DNA from: Promethearchaeota archaeon Loki_b31
Lineage (GTDB): Archaea; Asgardarchaeota; Lokiarchaeia; Sigyniarchaeales; SOKP01
Assembly: GCA_005222975.1 (NCBI GenBank)
Contig: NJBI01000082.1
Coordinates: forward strand, 1 to 11,664
Direction: 5' to 3'
Length of the DNA: 11,664 nucleotides
Below, one piece after another: positions 1 through 7,351 of the stretch (its first letter is position 1; the number at the start of each line of letters is the position of its first letter). The position numbers were made by a program, and so were the translations under genes. Under the pieces are notes generated by a model. It ran no database searches, had not been told where the DNA came from, and was given only the letters and a program-made list of their open reading frames with translations.

Positions 1-252
1 TATGAACCTACACCAAAGCCAGAACCTGAACCAGTATATGAACCTACGCCAGAACCAGAACCAGAACCAGTATACGAACCTACGCCAGAACCAGACCCTG
101 AACCAGTATACGAACCTACGCCAGAACCAGAACCAGAACCAGTATACGAACCTACGCCAGAGCCCGAACCTGAACCAGTATACGAACCTACGCCAGAACC
201 TGAACCAGTATATGAACCCACTCCAGAGCCCAAGCTAGAACCAGAGCCAGAA
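1..252 (+). repeat. Coding tandem repeat, 36-bp unit (12 aa [12 protein letters not shown]), about 7 copies visible
   Basis: Units start at 1, 37, 73, 109 and 145 (36 bp each), 181 (30 bp, one EP missing) and 211 (degenerate). A further relic [12 protein letters not shown] lies at 298-333. The array probably continues upstream of the window. Confidence 0.95.
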
Positions 253-387
253 ACAAGAATAACCGCATGGTTAAACCAGCTTCAAACATATAGAAAATAT
301 GAACCGGCACCAGAACCAGTGTATGAACCAGAAAAAACCGAAGAAAATGAAGAAGAAACAAGTGAAAACGAATCCATAGAAGAATAA
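1..387 (+). CDS. 5'-truncated Pro/Glu-rich tandem-repeat protein (C-terminal 128 aa; [12 protein letters not shown] repeats, acidic tail)
   Basis: Frame +1 is open from base 1 to TAA at 385-387: [24 protein letters not shown]-...[44 protein letters not shown]. Differences between repeat copies are mostly synonymous third-position changes in this frame (tat/tac, cca/cct/ccc, gaa/gag), so +1 is the coding frame, not the listed +2 ORF. Confidence 0.88.
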   Translation, partial: YEPTPKPEPEPVYEPTPEPEPEPVYEPTPEPDPEPVYEPTPEPEPEPVYEPTPEPEPEPVYEPTPEPEPVYEPTPEPKLEPEPETRITAWLNQLQTYRKYEPAPEPVYEPEKTEENEEETSENESIEE

Positions 388-453
388 GAAGGAACTTTGA
401 TGGAAGCGTTGATTCTTATTCTGAAAGGCTTTATGTACTTTTTCGTTAGATAA

Positions 454-480
454 TATCGCATGTCTTAACGCTATGTGATA
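454..480. terminator. Possible hairpin between convergent genes
   Basis: tatcgcat (454-461) pairs with atgtgata (473-480): 8-bp stem with one G-U pair, 11-nt loop. It lies between the convergent stops at 387 and 488. Confidence 0.25.
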
Positions 481-487
481 GCCTAAA

Positions 488-1765
488 CTATCTGTTTTTT
501 CCTTTTTTAATATTTCGGGAGAGATATATTAAAAAAATTAAAATAAAGAATCCAAAAAACACGATAAACGTAAAAATCACGTAAATATTAATTTCAACAA
601 CATATCCTGCTATGATAGGGGTGATACCGAAGCCCATTCCTATTAATATTTCGTTTATTGTCGAATATTTTGCTGTATTTTCTGCAGTTCCATACTCGAG
701 CATAATTTTCAATGCAGTACCATGGATTAAACCAAAGAATAGCCCAACAATCATAATTATTATCGAGATATACCAAATATTTCCAATAAAAAGAATAGAT
801 GTTGATATCATAATAACTGCAATTATGCTTATGATCACGGATATTTTGCGCCTATAGATTTTCATCACGTTAATCCATGTTAAACCTATAACTTGTGCTA
901 ATTGCAATCCCGCTTGTACGATATACGTTAGATAAGAAGGATGTGAGAAAGTCTTTAAAAAGACGGGATAACTAAACAGGAAAATCGACTTTGAAGTAGC
1001 TAGGAATAGTATTCCAAGCCATGAGAACAAAATAGGATATACGATCATGGGTGTAATAGATTTTGGGTTTGAGTTAACTTTGAGGTTTTCTTCAGAAGTA
1101 AATCTTTCTAATTGCCATTCTGATGCTCCATCTAAAAGTTGCGTTCTTGATTCTTTTTTTAAGAAGAAACTAATCGGGATTAACAGAAACGATAATGACC
1201 ATGAAATTACCATGGTAATGTAATCATTCCAAGTAAAAGCCCAAATATAACCAATAAGAAGACCAAAAATGAATCCAAAGTTCCAAGAAAAATTAAAATT
1301 TCTAAAATTCTTATTAGACTTTTCAATATTACTATTGTTTTGCCATTTGCTTAATAGATTGAGGAAATTTGGCCAAACTAATCCCATGGTTAACCCTAAA
1401 AATACACGACACATGATTAAAAACCAAGGCTCGAAGTAAATCATCTGTGCGCCGGTCAAGAGCGGAGTAACTAAGGATGATAATATGATAGCGTTACGAA
1501 CGCCTATTTTTGAAGTAATTACTTGCCCAATAATAGGTGCAAAGATATAGGCAATTGCTCCTGCTGAGGTTATTATCCCTAAAGTGCTTTCATTAATGTC
1601 AACGACAAAATACAGATAATTTGACAACGCTCTTTCAAATATAGAAACATAAATTAACCTCACAAATGCAAGCCAAAATATTGGCCAAGCTCGATAATCT
1701 TCTGACGATCGGTTTAATATTGCTTTCTCGTCCTGATAGAGAGGGGATTTTTTCGCGATTGGCAC
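488..1765 (-). CDS. MFS transporter
   Basis: 425 aa, GTG start. About 12 hydrophobic segments in two halves separated by a hydrophilic loop. Motif-A-like GQVITSKIGVRN after TM2 and RVFLG in TM4. Confidence 0.88.
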   Translation of the reverse strand: MPIAKKSPLYQDEKAILNRSSEDYRAWPIFWLAFVRLIYVSIFERALSNYLYFVVDINESTLGIITSAGAIAYIFAPIIGQVITSKIGVRNAIILSSLVTPLLTGAQMIYFEPWFLIMCRVFLGLTMGLVWPNFLNLLSKWQNNSNIEKSNKNFRNFNFSWNFGFIFGLLIGYIWAFTWNDYITMVISWSLSFLLIPISFFLKKESRTQLLDGASEWQLERFTSEENLKVNSNPKSITPMIVYPILFSWLGILFLATSKSIFLFSYPVFLKTFSHPSYLTYIVQAGLQLAQVIGLTWINVMKIYRRKISVIISIIAVIMISTSILFIGNIWYISIIIMIVGLFFGLIHGTALKIMLEYGTAENTAKYSTINEILIGMGFGITPIIAGYVVEINIYVIFTFIVFFGFFILIFLIYLSRNIKKGKNR

Positions 1766-1909
1766 AATTTTTCTATTTGTTTCTTATTTTTCAAAAAAAA
1801 TGGTGCTTTGTTCAAATATTTTCTTAAATCATGAAATTAGATTCAAATAATCTAAAAATTTTAATATTAAATAATAAAAAGTAAAATAGATAAATCCCTC
1901 GTTATTTAT

Positions 1910-2548
1910 TTATGGCAATTGTTTTTGTTTTCTTAATTTTGGTACAAACATAGGGACATTTTTCTTATAATCCTCATAAATTTTACCAAATTCTTTAACT
2001 AATTCTTTTTCCTCTTTCCATGCAACGAGAAAATTTAATAGAATTATTACAGGAGTAATAAGTAAAGAAAAGAACGAAGATAACAGAAAAGAAATTCCTA
2101 TATGTGCTAGTATTCCGCCAAAGTATTGGGGATGCCTAATTACGGAATACATTTTGGTTGAAACGATCTTTTCTGTCCTATGTGTTTCTGCTACTTTAAG
2201 AGTAGTTAATCTTACACTTACGATTCCAAACCAAGCTCCCATTAAAATAAAAGGGATAGAAACTAATAAATGGAATAATAGTATTGAAAAATTAATAATT
2301 GGAATAGATATAACGAAGTTTTGAAAAATTGGAGTAATAAACATAGGCTGAGGCGAAATCCAAATTCCAAACCAAAATGTAAAAAAACCCCATCCCGAAG
2401 TGAGACCGAGTATTGCGGTAATTTTATTACCTTTATCCTTTCCATATTTTATTTGAAATTTTAAATGTTCAACTGATAAAAAATGAAGTGGTACCATAGA
2501 ACACATACCTAAGATGGAAATAATAAACCAGATATATATTTTTAGCAA
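1910..2548 (-). CDS. Isoprenylcysteine carboxyl methyltransferase (ICMT/PEMT/Ste14)-family membrane methyltransferase
   Basis: Multi-TM protein with the family motifs YSVIRHPQYFG and EEKELVKEFGKIYEDYKKNVPMFVP. TTG start preceded by GGAAAGGAG. Confidence 0.88.
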   Translation of the reverse strand: MLKIYIWFIISILGMCSMVPLHFLSVEHLKFQIKYGKDKGNKITAILGLTSGWGFFTFWFGIWISPQPMFITPIFQNFVISIPIINFSILLFHLLVSIPFILMGAWFGIVSVRLTTLKVAETHRTEKIVSTKMYSVIRHPQYFGGILAHIGISFLLSSFFSLLITPVIILLNFLVAWKEEKELVKEFGKIYEDYKKNVPMFVPKLRKQKQLP

Positions 2549-2783
2549 CTTCTCCTTTCCTTTTTTCTAATTTAATTTTTTAACATTAATTAGACTATGA
2601 TAATCTGATATAAATATTCTATTTTTGTAAGTCTTGTACGATTGATTCCATTCGATTTTTCACGCCTCAAATTTTTACACAATATCATTTAATAAAAATT
2701 GGACTAAAAATCATTTTTTAACTGTTAATTTTGTTTTATTATTGTATAGTTTAAATTTGAATTATTATTTGCGTGAAAAATCT

Positions 2784-3107
2784 ATGTCTGACACCAATTT
2801 TAATTATTGTCCCAATTGTGGTAAGAAAATACAAAAATCTAATAGCAGAAAGGTTAATTTTTGTTGTTATTGTGAGCGAGAATTAAAAACGAAGAAGGTA
2901 AATTTACATGACAGAATACAATGCACAGTTTGTCACGAATTTATCTGGCAGGGAAGAAATCGAACTATTAAATGTTCTTTCTGCGGTAGTCAATACCATT
3001 ATTCGTGTGTATCGTCTTGGTTAACGAAGTATAACTCGTGTCCTATGTGCCAAAATGTATTCTTAAATCCAACTTTAATTTTTCCGGAAAAACATAGGTA
3101 CAGGTAA
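2784..3107 (+). CDS. Zinc-ribbon + C4HC3 RING-variant finger protein (putative E3 ubiquitin ligase)
   Basis: The ATG at 2784 is preferred over TTG 2742 (107 aa). N-terminal CPNC...CCYC zinc ribbon. C-terminal C-x2-C-x13-C-x2-C-x4-H-x2-C-x3-W-x6-CPMC, with the RING-typical Trp and CPxC. Confidence 0.85.
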   Translation: MSDTNFNYCPNCGKKIQKSNSRKVNFCCYCERELKTKKVNLHDRIQCTVCHEFIWQGRNRTIKCSFCGSQYHYSCVSSWLTKYNSCPMCQNVFLNPTLIFPEKHRYR

Positions 3108-3154
3108 AAACGAATAAAAAGATTTATGCTGTAAAAATTTGAGCTCACAAGGTT

Positions 3155-3239
3155 AAGTCATTGGAATTTATCGTCCAATTTGTGTGACTTGTTAAACAAT
3201 CACAATATTTATTATAGTCTAAAAAATTAGTAAATATTG
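3155..3239 (+). promoter_or_regulatory. Cluster of inverted repeats upstream of the EFR1-type flavodoxin-ferredoxin gene
   Basis: aagtca-ttgga (3155-3165) with tccaa (3174-3178) and tgactt (3185-3190). TGTGA-N12-TCACA at 3183-3204. caatattta (3203-3211) with taaatattg (3231-3239), the left arm overlapping a TATA-like tttattata. Confidence 0.35.
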
Positions 3240-3246
3240 AGGATAT

Positions 3247-4023
3247 ATGAAAACTACAATCTATTATTTTTCTGGAACAGGTAATTCTTTGAAGATTGCG
3301 AGAGATATAGCCGAAAAGTTGGAAGAATGCGAATTAGTTCCAATTGCGAAGGTTTGGCAACAAGATCAGCTTGCATCGACTAGTGAAAAAGTTGGTTTTA
3401 TTTTTCCCTTATATTATTTTGGTCTTCCTAAAATTGTCTACGATTTTATAAATAACATAGAACTTGCTAAGTCCAACTATTTTTTTGCCGTGATTACGAG
3501 GGCTGGAGATGTGGACGGTGCACCTTTGCAACAGTTAGATAATATACTTGAAACGAAAACGAAAACGCTTAATGCCGGATTTTTTATCAGAATGCCCAAT
3601 AATTTTATAATAGGTTATAAAACAGACTCAGAAGCCGTACAAAAAGAGTTTTTTGAGAACGCAATTAATCAGGTTGAAAAAATCACTAATATTTTAAAGG
3701 AAAACGGAGAAAGTTTTCAAAATAAGACGATTATAAGCGAGAGAATGAATAAGAAGTTCCGTGATAAAGTTTACGCTAGCGATAAATCCTTCTACGCTAA
3801 CGAAAATTGTACTAATTGTGGTATATGTGAAAGTGTGTGTCCTGTTAATAATATCGTTCTTACAGAAGGTTTACCACAATGGCAACATAAATGTCAGCAA
3901 TGTTTAGCGTGTATTAATTTTTGTCCTGAGAAAGCAATTCAATTTGGTACTAAATCTTTAGAAACAGGAAGATATCACCATCCTGAAATTACGATTCAAG
4001 AAATAATGAACCAGAAAAAGTAA
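3247..4023 (+). CDS. EFR1-family ferrodoxin (N-terminal flavodoxin-like domain + 2x[4Fe-4S] ferredoxin)
   Basis: YYFSGTGNS and FPLYYFGLP flavodoxin-like motifs, RMPNNF, two ferredoxin motifs (CTNCGICESVCP, CQQCLACINFCP), C-terminal RYHHP. GAGG upstream of the ATG. Confidence 0.93.
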   Translation: MKTTIYYFSGTGNSLKIARDIAEKLEECELVPIAKVWQQDQLASTSEKVGFIFPLYYFGLPKIVYDFINNIELAKSNYFFAVITRAGDVDGAPLQQLDNILETKTKTLNAGFFIRMPNNFIIGYKTDSEAVQKEFFENAINQVEKITNILKENGESFQNKTIISERMNKKFRDKVYASDKSFYANENCTNCGICESVCPVNNIVLTEGLPQWQHKCQQCLACINFCPEKAIQFGTKSLETGRYHHPEITIQEIMNQKK

Positions 4024-4081
4024 AAAAAAAAAGTGGCAAGAATTTTCTGGTCAAAAAGAATTAATTATTATTCAGATTTAA

Positions 4082-4603
4082 TTACATTGGTTGGGTTGAG
4101 ATTAATTCTAAAATTGTATTACAGTCAACTCGGAATTCATCTCTAAAATCCTCGCAGACAACCCAAGCTTGTTTGAAGGTCCCATTTCCCCAAGGTATCT
4201 CGTCTTCATCAGTTTTTAAAGCCGTTAATTTTGGTTTGATGTCGTGAAGCATTTTATTATATGCTTCCTCGAAAAGTTCTTGCAATATTAATTCTCGTAA
4301 TGAAGTTAATTTATTAATCATTGTATTTTTTCTATTTTGGGCTGTTTTTCTCCAACAATCATCAGGTGAATTAAAAATTTTTTCAATTAGGTCATCTATT
4401 TTAGAAATTACATCAATCACTACCACATATGGTGGTTGGGTTTCAACAACATTATCGATATTCACATCTTCAACCATTTTATCTTCAAGTACATTATTGG
4501 TAACATAATTTCCATTAGCTGAACAAGAAGTCACCATTAATACGGCTAAAAGCATTGTAAGAAAATAAATTAACTTCCTATTGTTTAAGATATTTTTTTT
4601 CAT
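4082..4603 (-). CDS. Secreted protein / putative lipoprotein of unknown function
   Basis: Basic N-region, hydrophobic stretch and lipobox-like VTSC (Cys27). Helical C-terminal domain with 3 Cys and 3 Trp. GGAGA upstream of the ATG. A T-tract on the minus strand downstream (4022-4032). Confidence 0.8.
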   Translation of the reverse strand: MKKNILNNRKLIYFLTMLLAVLMVTSCSANGNYVTNNVLEDKMVEDVNIDNVVETQPPYVVVIDVISKIDDLIEKIFNSPDDCWRKTAQNRKNTMINKLTSLRELILQELFEEAYNKMLHDIKPKLTALKTDEDEIPWGNGTFKQAWVVCEDFRDEFRVDCNTILELISTQPM

Positions 4604-4738
4604 TTCAAAATCTCCAATGTCATAACTGGATTATGAAAAGATAATGTTGATCGAATATTTAATAATTTTGCCCATTTTCCTTTTTTTAAATATTAAAAAG
4701 AATAGATTTATGTTATTAAGATTTTCACAAATTATCTA

Positions 4739-5386
4739 TTAAAGATTTTGGTAGTACAAGCAATTTTCAGATATGGGGCAAAACTCGCATTTAGGGTTTT
4801 TTTTCGAGCAGATTTTGTTTCCAAAATCAAGAATCGCCCAATACATATGTTTACAACTCGTCTTAGGCAATAACATATCTAAATTCGCATTAATAACATC
4901 AATTTTTACTTTTGAGTTTAAAGATTCGAACGCTCTCGAAACTAACCTCTTAATATTTACATCAAGAAACAAGGTTCGTTTATCCAATCCAAAACATAAA
5001 AATGCGTTGCTTACATAATCGGCAATTCCGTTGATTTTTTTAAGTATTTCAGGATCGCGAGGGATTTCTCCGTTATATTCCTTTATTACCATCGCACTTA
5101 AGTCTTTTAAAATTTTAGCGCGTTTGTTGGATAGCCCTAAAATTTCAATATCTGATTGTAGCTGACTAATATCAGCCTTGAAAATATCAGCGAAGCCTTT
5201 ATATTTCGTAAAAAAAGCGTTGTACATATTAGAAACGTTTATAGCTATAGTTTTCTGTAGTAAAATTTCGGTAATCAATATTTGATATAGGTTTTTTGAT
5301 TTTCTCCAAGGGTAATCGCGTTTGTTTTCGTTGTACCAATCTAAGATTTTATTTCTAATTGAGATATAGTTATCTTCTTTGTCCAT
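4739..5386 (-). CDS. mig: HhH-GPD DNA glycosylase with [4Fe-4S] cluster, Mig-type T:G/U:G mismatch glycosylase (MutY/Mig/Nth superfamily)
   Basis: RDYPWR, LITEILLQKT (catalytic Glu40), GLSNKRA, HhH INGIADY (Tyr, not the Nth lyase Lys), LDVNIKR (catalytic Asp), and FeS motif C-x6-C-x2-C-x5-C. It has no MutT-like C-terminal domain. It closely resembles Mig.MthI as recalled (LITEILLRRT, GLSNQRA) and has Lys where MutY has Gln (MLQQT). Confidence 0.85.
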   Translation of the reverse strand: MDKEDNYISIRNKILDWYNENKRDYPWRKSKNLYQILITEILLQKTIAINVSNMYNAFFTKYKGFADIFKADISQLQSDIEILGLSNKRAKILKDLSAMVIKEYNGEIPRDPEILKKINGIADYVSNAFLCFGLDKRTLFLDVNIKRLVSRAFESLNSKVKIDVINANLDMLLPKTSCKHMYWAILDFGNKICSKKNPKCEFCPISENCLYYQNL

Positions 5387-5528
5387 TTCTTATCTATTTT
5401 TAAACTTAGTTATGAATTCTATAAATTTTCAACTTATCGTTATAGTTATTAATTAAATATTAATTTGATTTTATTCTTATTGTAGATTTTTTCATCTAGT
5501 ACTGATACTAAATTTAAGAGTAAAACAT

Positions 5529-5545
5529 AAAAAAAATATTTAAAA
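5529..5545 (+). promoter_or_regulatory. Putative BRE/TATA box of the profilin gene (leaderless-type spacing)
   Basis: An A-run followed by TTTAAA (5539-5544), about 27-32 nt upstream of ATG 5571. No SD motif is seen. The AT-rich background limits specificity. Confidence 0.4.
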
Positions 5546-5570
5546 ACAATTAACCACATGAATCTTTAAT

Positions 5571-5951
5571 ATGGATGAAATAAAAAAGATTATTGACGAA
5601 TTGGGAATTGATGCGCTAGAGTCTAACACAAAAATTGCTGGAGTCGCAGTTGTATCTGATTCGGGAAATATTATTTTCCAGACAGACAATTGGGATCTAA
5701 CCAATCAAACGAACATTATTTTGAATGTAATAAAAGGAGCCCGCTCTTTTGTTTTAAACGATGGAGAGTTTTCGGTTGTTGAAACTACTACTGAAGGAAT
5801 TATTGGAACCAACGATAGTGGGATGGGGCATATAATATTCGCTCCATTTCAAGGAGGCGTGCTCGTATCATATGCCATGCCTCAAGCAGATCCACCCAAA
5901 GCATTAACTTTTCTCAAAACATATGCGATGAGATTGAATGGGAAGGTATAA
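5571..5951 (+). CDS. Asgard (Loki-type) profilin
   Basis: 126 aa. N-terminal IIDEL helix, GVAVVSDSGNIIFQTDNWDL, IGTNDSGMGHIIFAP and a C-terminal helix match the Lokiarchaeal profilin pattern as recalled (GIAIIxxxGxIIxQTENWDI ... IGTNxxGxGHxxxxP). Confidence 0.85.
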   Translation: MDEIKKIIDELGIDALESNTKIAGVAVVSDSGNIIFQTDNWDLTNQTNIILNVIKGARSFVLNDGEFSVVETTTEGIIGTNDSGMGHIIFAPFQGGVLVSYAMPQADPPKALTFLKTYAMRLNGKV

Positions 5952-6015
5952 TTGAACATTTTTACAATCATTCCAAAATTTTTTAAAAAAAATCACTGAT
6001 TCTTTTAATATTAAG

Positions 6016-7158
6016 ATGTCGGAGAAAAAGAATTTCATAATAGATTTGTTCAGTGGAGCTGGAGGTTTATCGCTCGGGTTTGAAATGGCAAATTTTCGCG
6101 TTGGATTAGCGATAGAATTAGAAGAAAATTATTATAATGCGTATAAATTAAATCATCCCGAAACTTTATGCTTAAATAAAGACATAACGGAATTAGATTG
6201 CGGAGAAATATTAGATAAATTCGTTAAGAACATAGAAATTAGCGGGATTATAGGAGGGCCCCCTTGTCTGGGATTTTCTACTGTAGGAAACAGAAGACCA
6301 GACGATCCTCGAAATACGTTAATTTATTATTTTATTCAATGGGTTAATTACTTTAAACCACAATTTTTCGTTATGGAAAATGTTCCTGGAATTTTATCGA
6401 TGTCAAAAGGAAAGGTAGTAGAAAAAGTTATTGATTTGTATAGCGAAATAGGTTATTCATGTAAAATGGAAGTGTTATTAGCGGCAGATTATGGCGTTCC
6501 ACAATTAAGACGAAGGGTGTTTTTCATAGGAACTCCAGAGGATTCGATTTTATCGTTAAAGATTCAAAAAACAAATAGAAAGGACGGTAACCAGAAAGGT
6601 TCTTTCGAGAAAGACGCACTACCATCTTATTTAACGGTAAAGGACGCGATTTCTGATATTCTTGACATAAAACCTTTTGTTAAAAAACGTACAGAAAATT
6701 TAGTTAAGGAATATTCACATCCACCAAAAACGCAATTTCAAGATTATTTAAGGAAAGAGTCAGATAGGTTATACGATCATTTTGCCCCAAATCACAGCGA
6801 ATTAGTAATGAAAAGGATTTCTCACATTAATCAAGGCGAGAACCATAATTCTTTGCCGAAGGAGTACCAACTTAAAGGAGGGTACCCCAATATATACGGT
6901 AGACTTCATTTAAATAAACCTGCAGATACTATTACGGGAAATTGTGGTTGCGTTAGCGCCCCAGGTAGATTTATCCATCCTACACAGAATAGAGCGATCT
7001 CCATTAGAGAAGCCGCGCGATTGCAATCATTCCCAGACAGGTATAGGTTTTGCGGAAATATGAGCGAGAAATATAGGCAAGTAGGAAACGCAGTTCCTCC
7101 ATTAATGGCTCATGCAGTAGCTAAATCAATCAACAAATTACAAAAAATACCAATTTAA
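6016..7158 (+). CDS. dcm: DNA (cytosine-5)-methyltransferase (Dcm-like family, orphan in this window)
   Basis: Motif I DLFSGAGG, motif IV GGPPCLGFS (catalytic Cys), motif VI ENVPG, motif VIII QLRRRVF, variable TRD, motif IX RAISIREAARLQSFPD and motif X YRQVGNAVPP. The symbol is family-level only; the target sequence is unknown. Confidence 0.96.
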   Translation: MSEKKNFIIDLFSGAGGLSLGFEMANFRVGLAIELEENYYNAYKLNHPETLCLNKDITELDCGEILDKFVKNIEISGIIGGPPCLGFSTVGNRRPDDPRNTLIYYFIQWVNYFKPQFFVMENVPGILSMSKGKVVEKVIDLYSEIGYSCKMEVLLAADYGVPQLRRRVFFIGTPEDSILSLKIQKTNRKDGNQKGSFEKDALPSYLTVKDAISDILDIKPFVKKRTENLVKEYSHPPKTQFQDYLRKESDRLYDHFAPNHSELVMKRISHINQGENHNSLPKEYQLKGGYPNIYGRLHLNKPADTITGNCGCVSAPGRFIHPTQNRAISIREAARLQSFPDRYRFCGNMSEKYRQVGNAVPPLMAHAVAKSINKLQKIPI

Positions 7159-7351
7159 AATAATATAAAATTATCTTTTAATATTATCTTCACTATTTTT
7201 ACTGCAATTCCAAATTCAACATTAAATCAAACATTTTTTGATTTGACTTCTTTGTATAAATTGAGAAAAATTTATATATTTGTCTATTAAATAATGTCTT
7301 GCTCTAAAATCTAATTTAAATAATAAAAAATAAATTTAAAAGGTGAAATTA

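Noticed and set aside
2-238. Listed 78-aa N/Q-rich ORF in frame +2
   Set aside because: It is an off-frame reading of the Pro/Glu repeat. Repeat variation is mostly synonymous in frame +1, which stays open to 387.
1-252. 36-bp periodicity as a CRISPR array
   Set aside because: The units are contiguous with no unique spacers, are multiples of 3 and are coding. No cas genes are present.
594-857. ORFs 594-776 (-) and 612-857 (+)
   Set aside because: Shadow ORFs inside the MFS gene with no recognisable motifs.
2263-5018. ORFs 2263-2445 (-) and 4773-5018 (+)
   Set aside because: They are nested in the ICMT-family and glycosylase genes and have no independent support.
1-5951. Pro-rich repeat protein as a polyproline ligand of the profilin
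   Set aside because: The repeat alternates Pro with Glu and has no consecutive Pro runs. The genes are over 5 kb apart, and Loki profilins are reported not to bind polyproline well.
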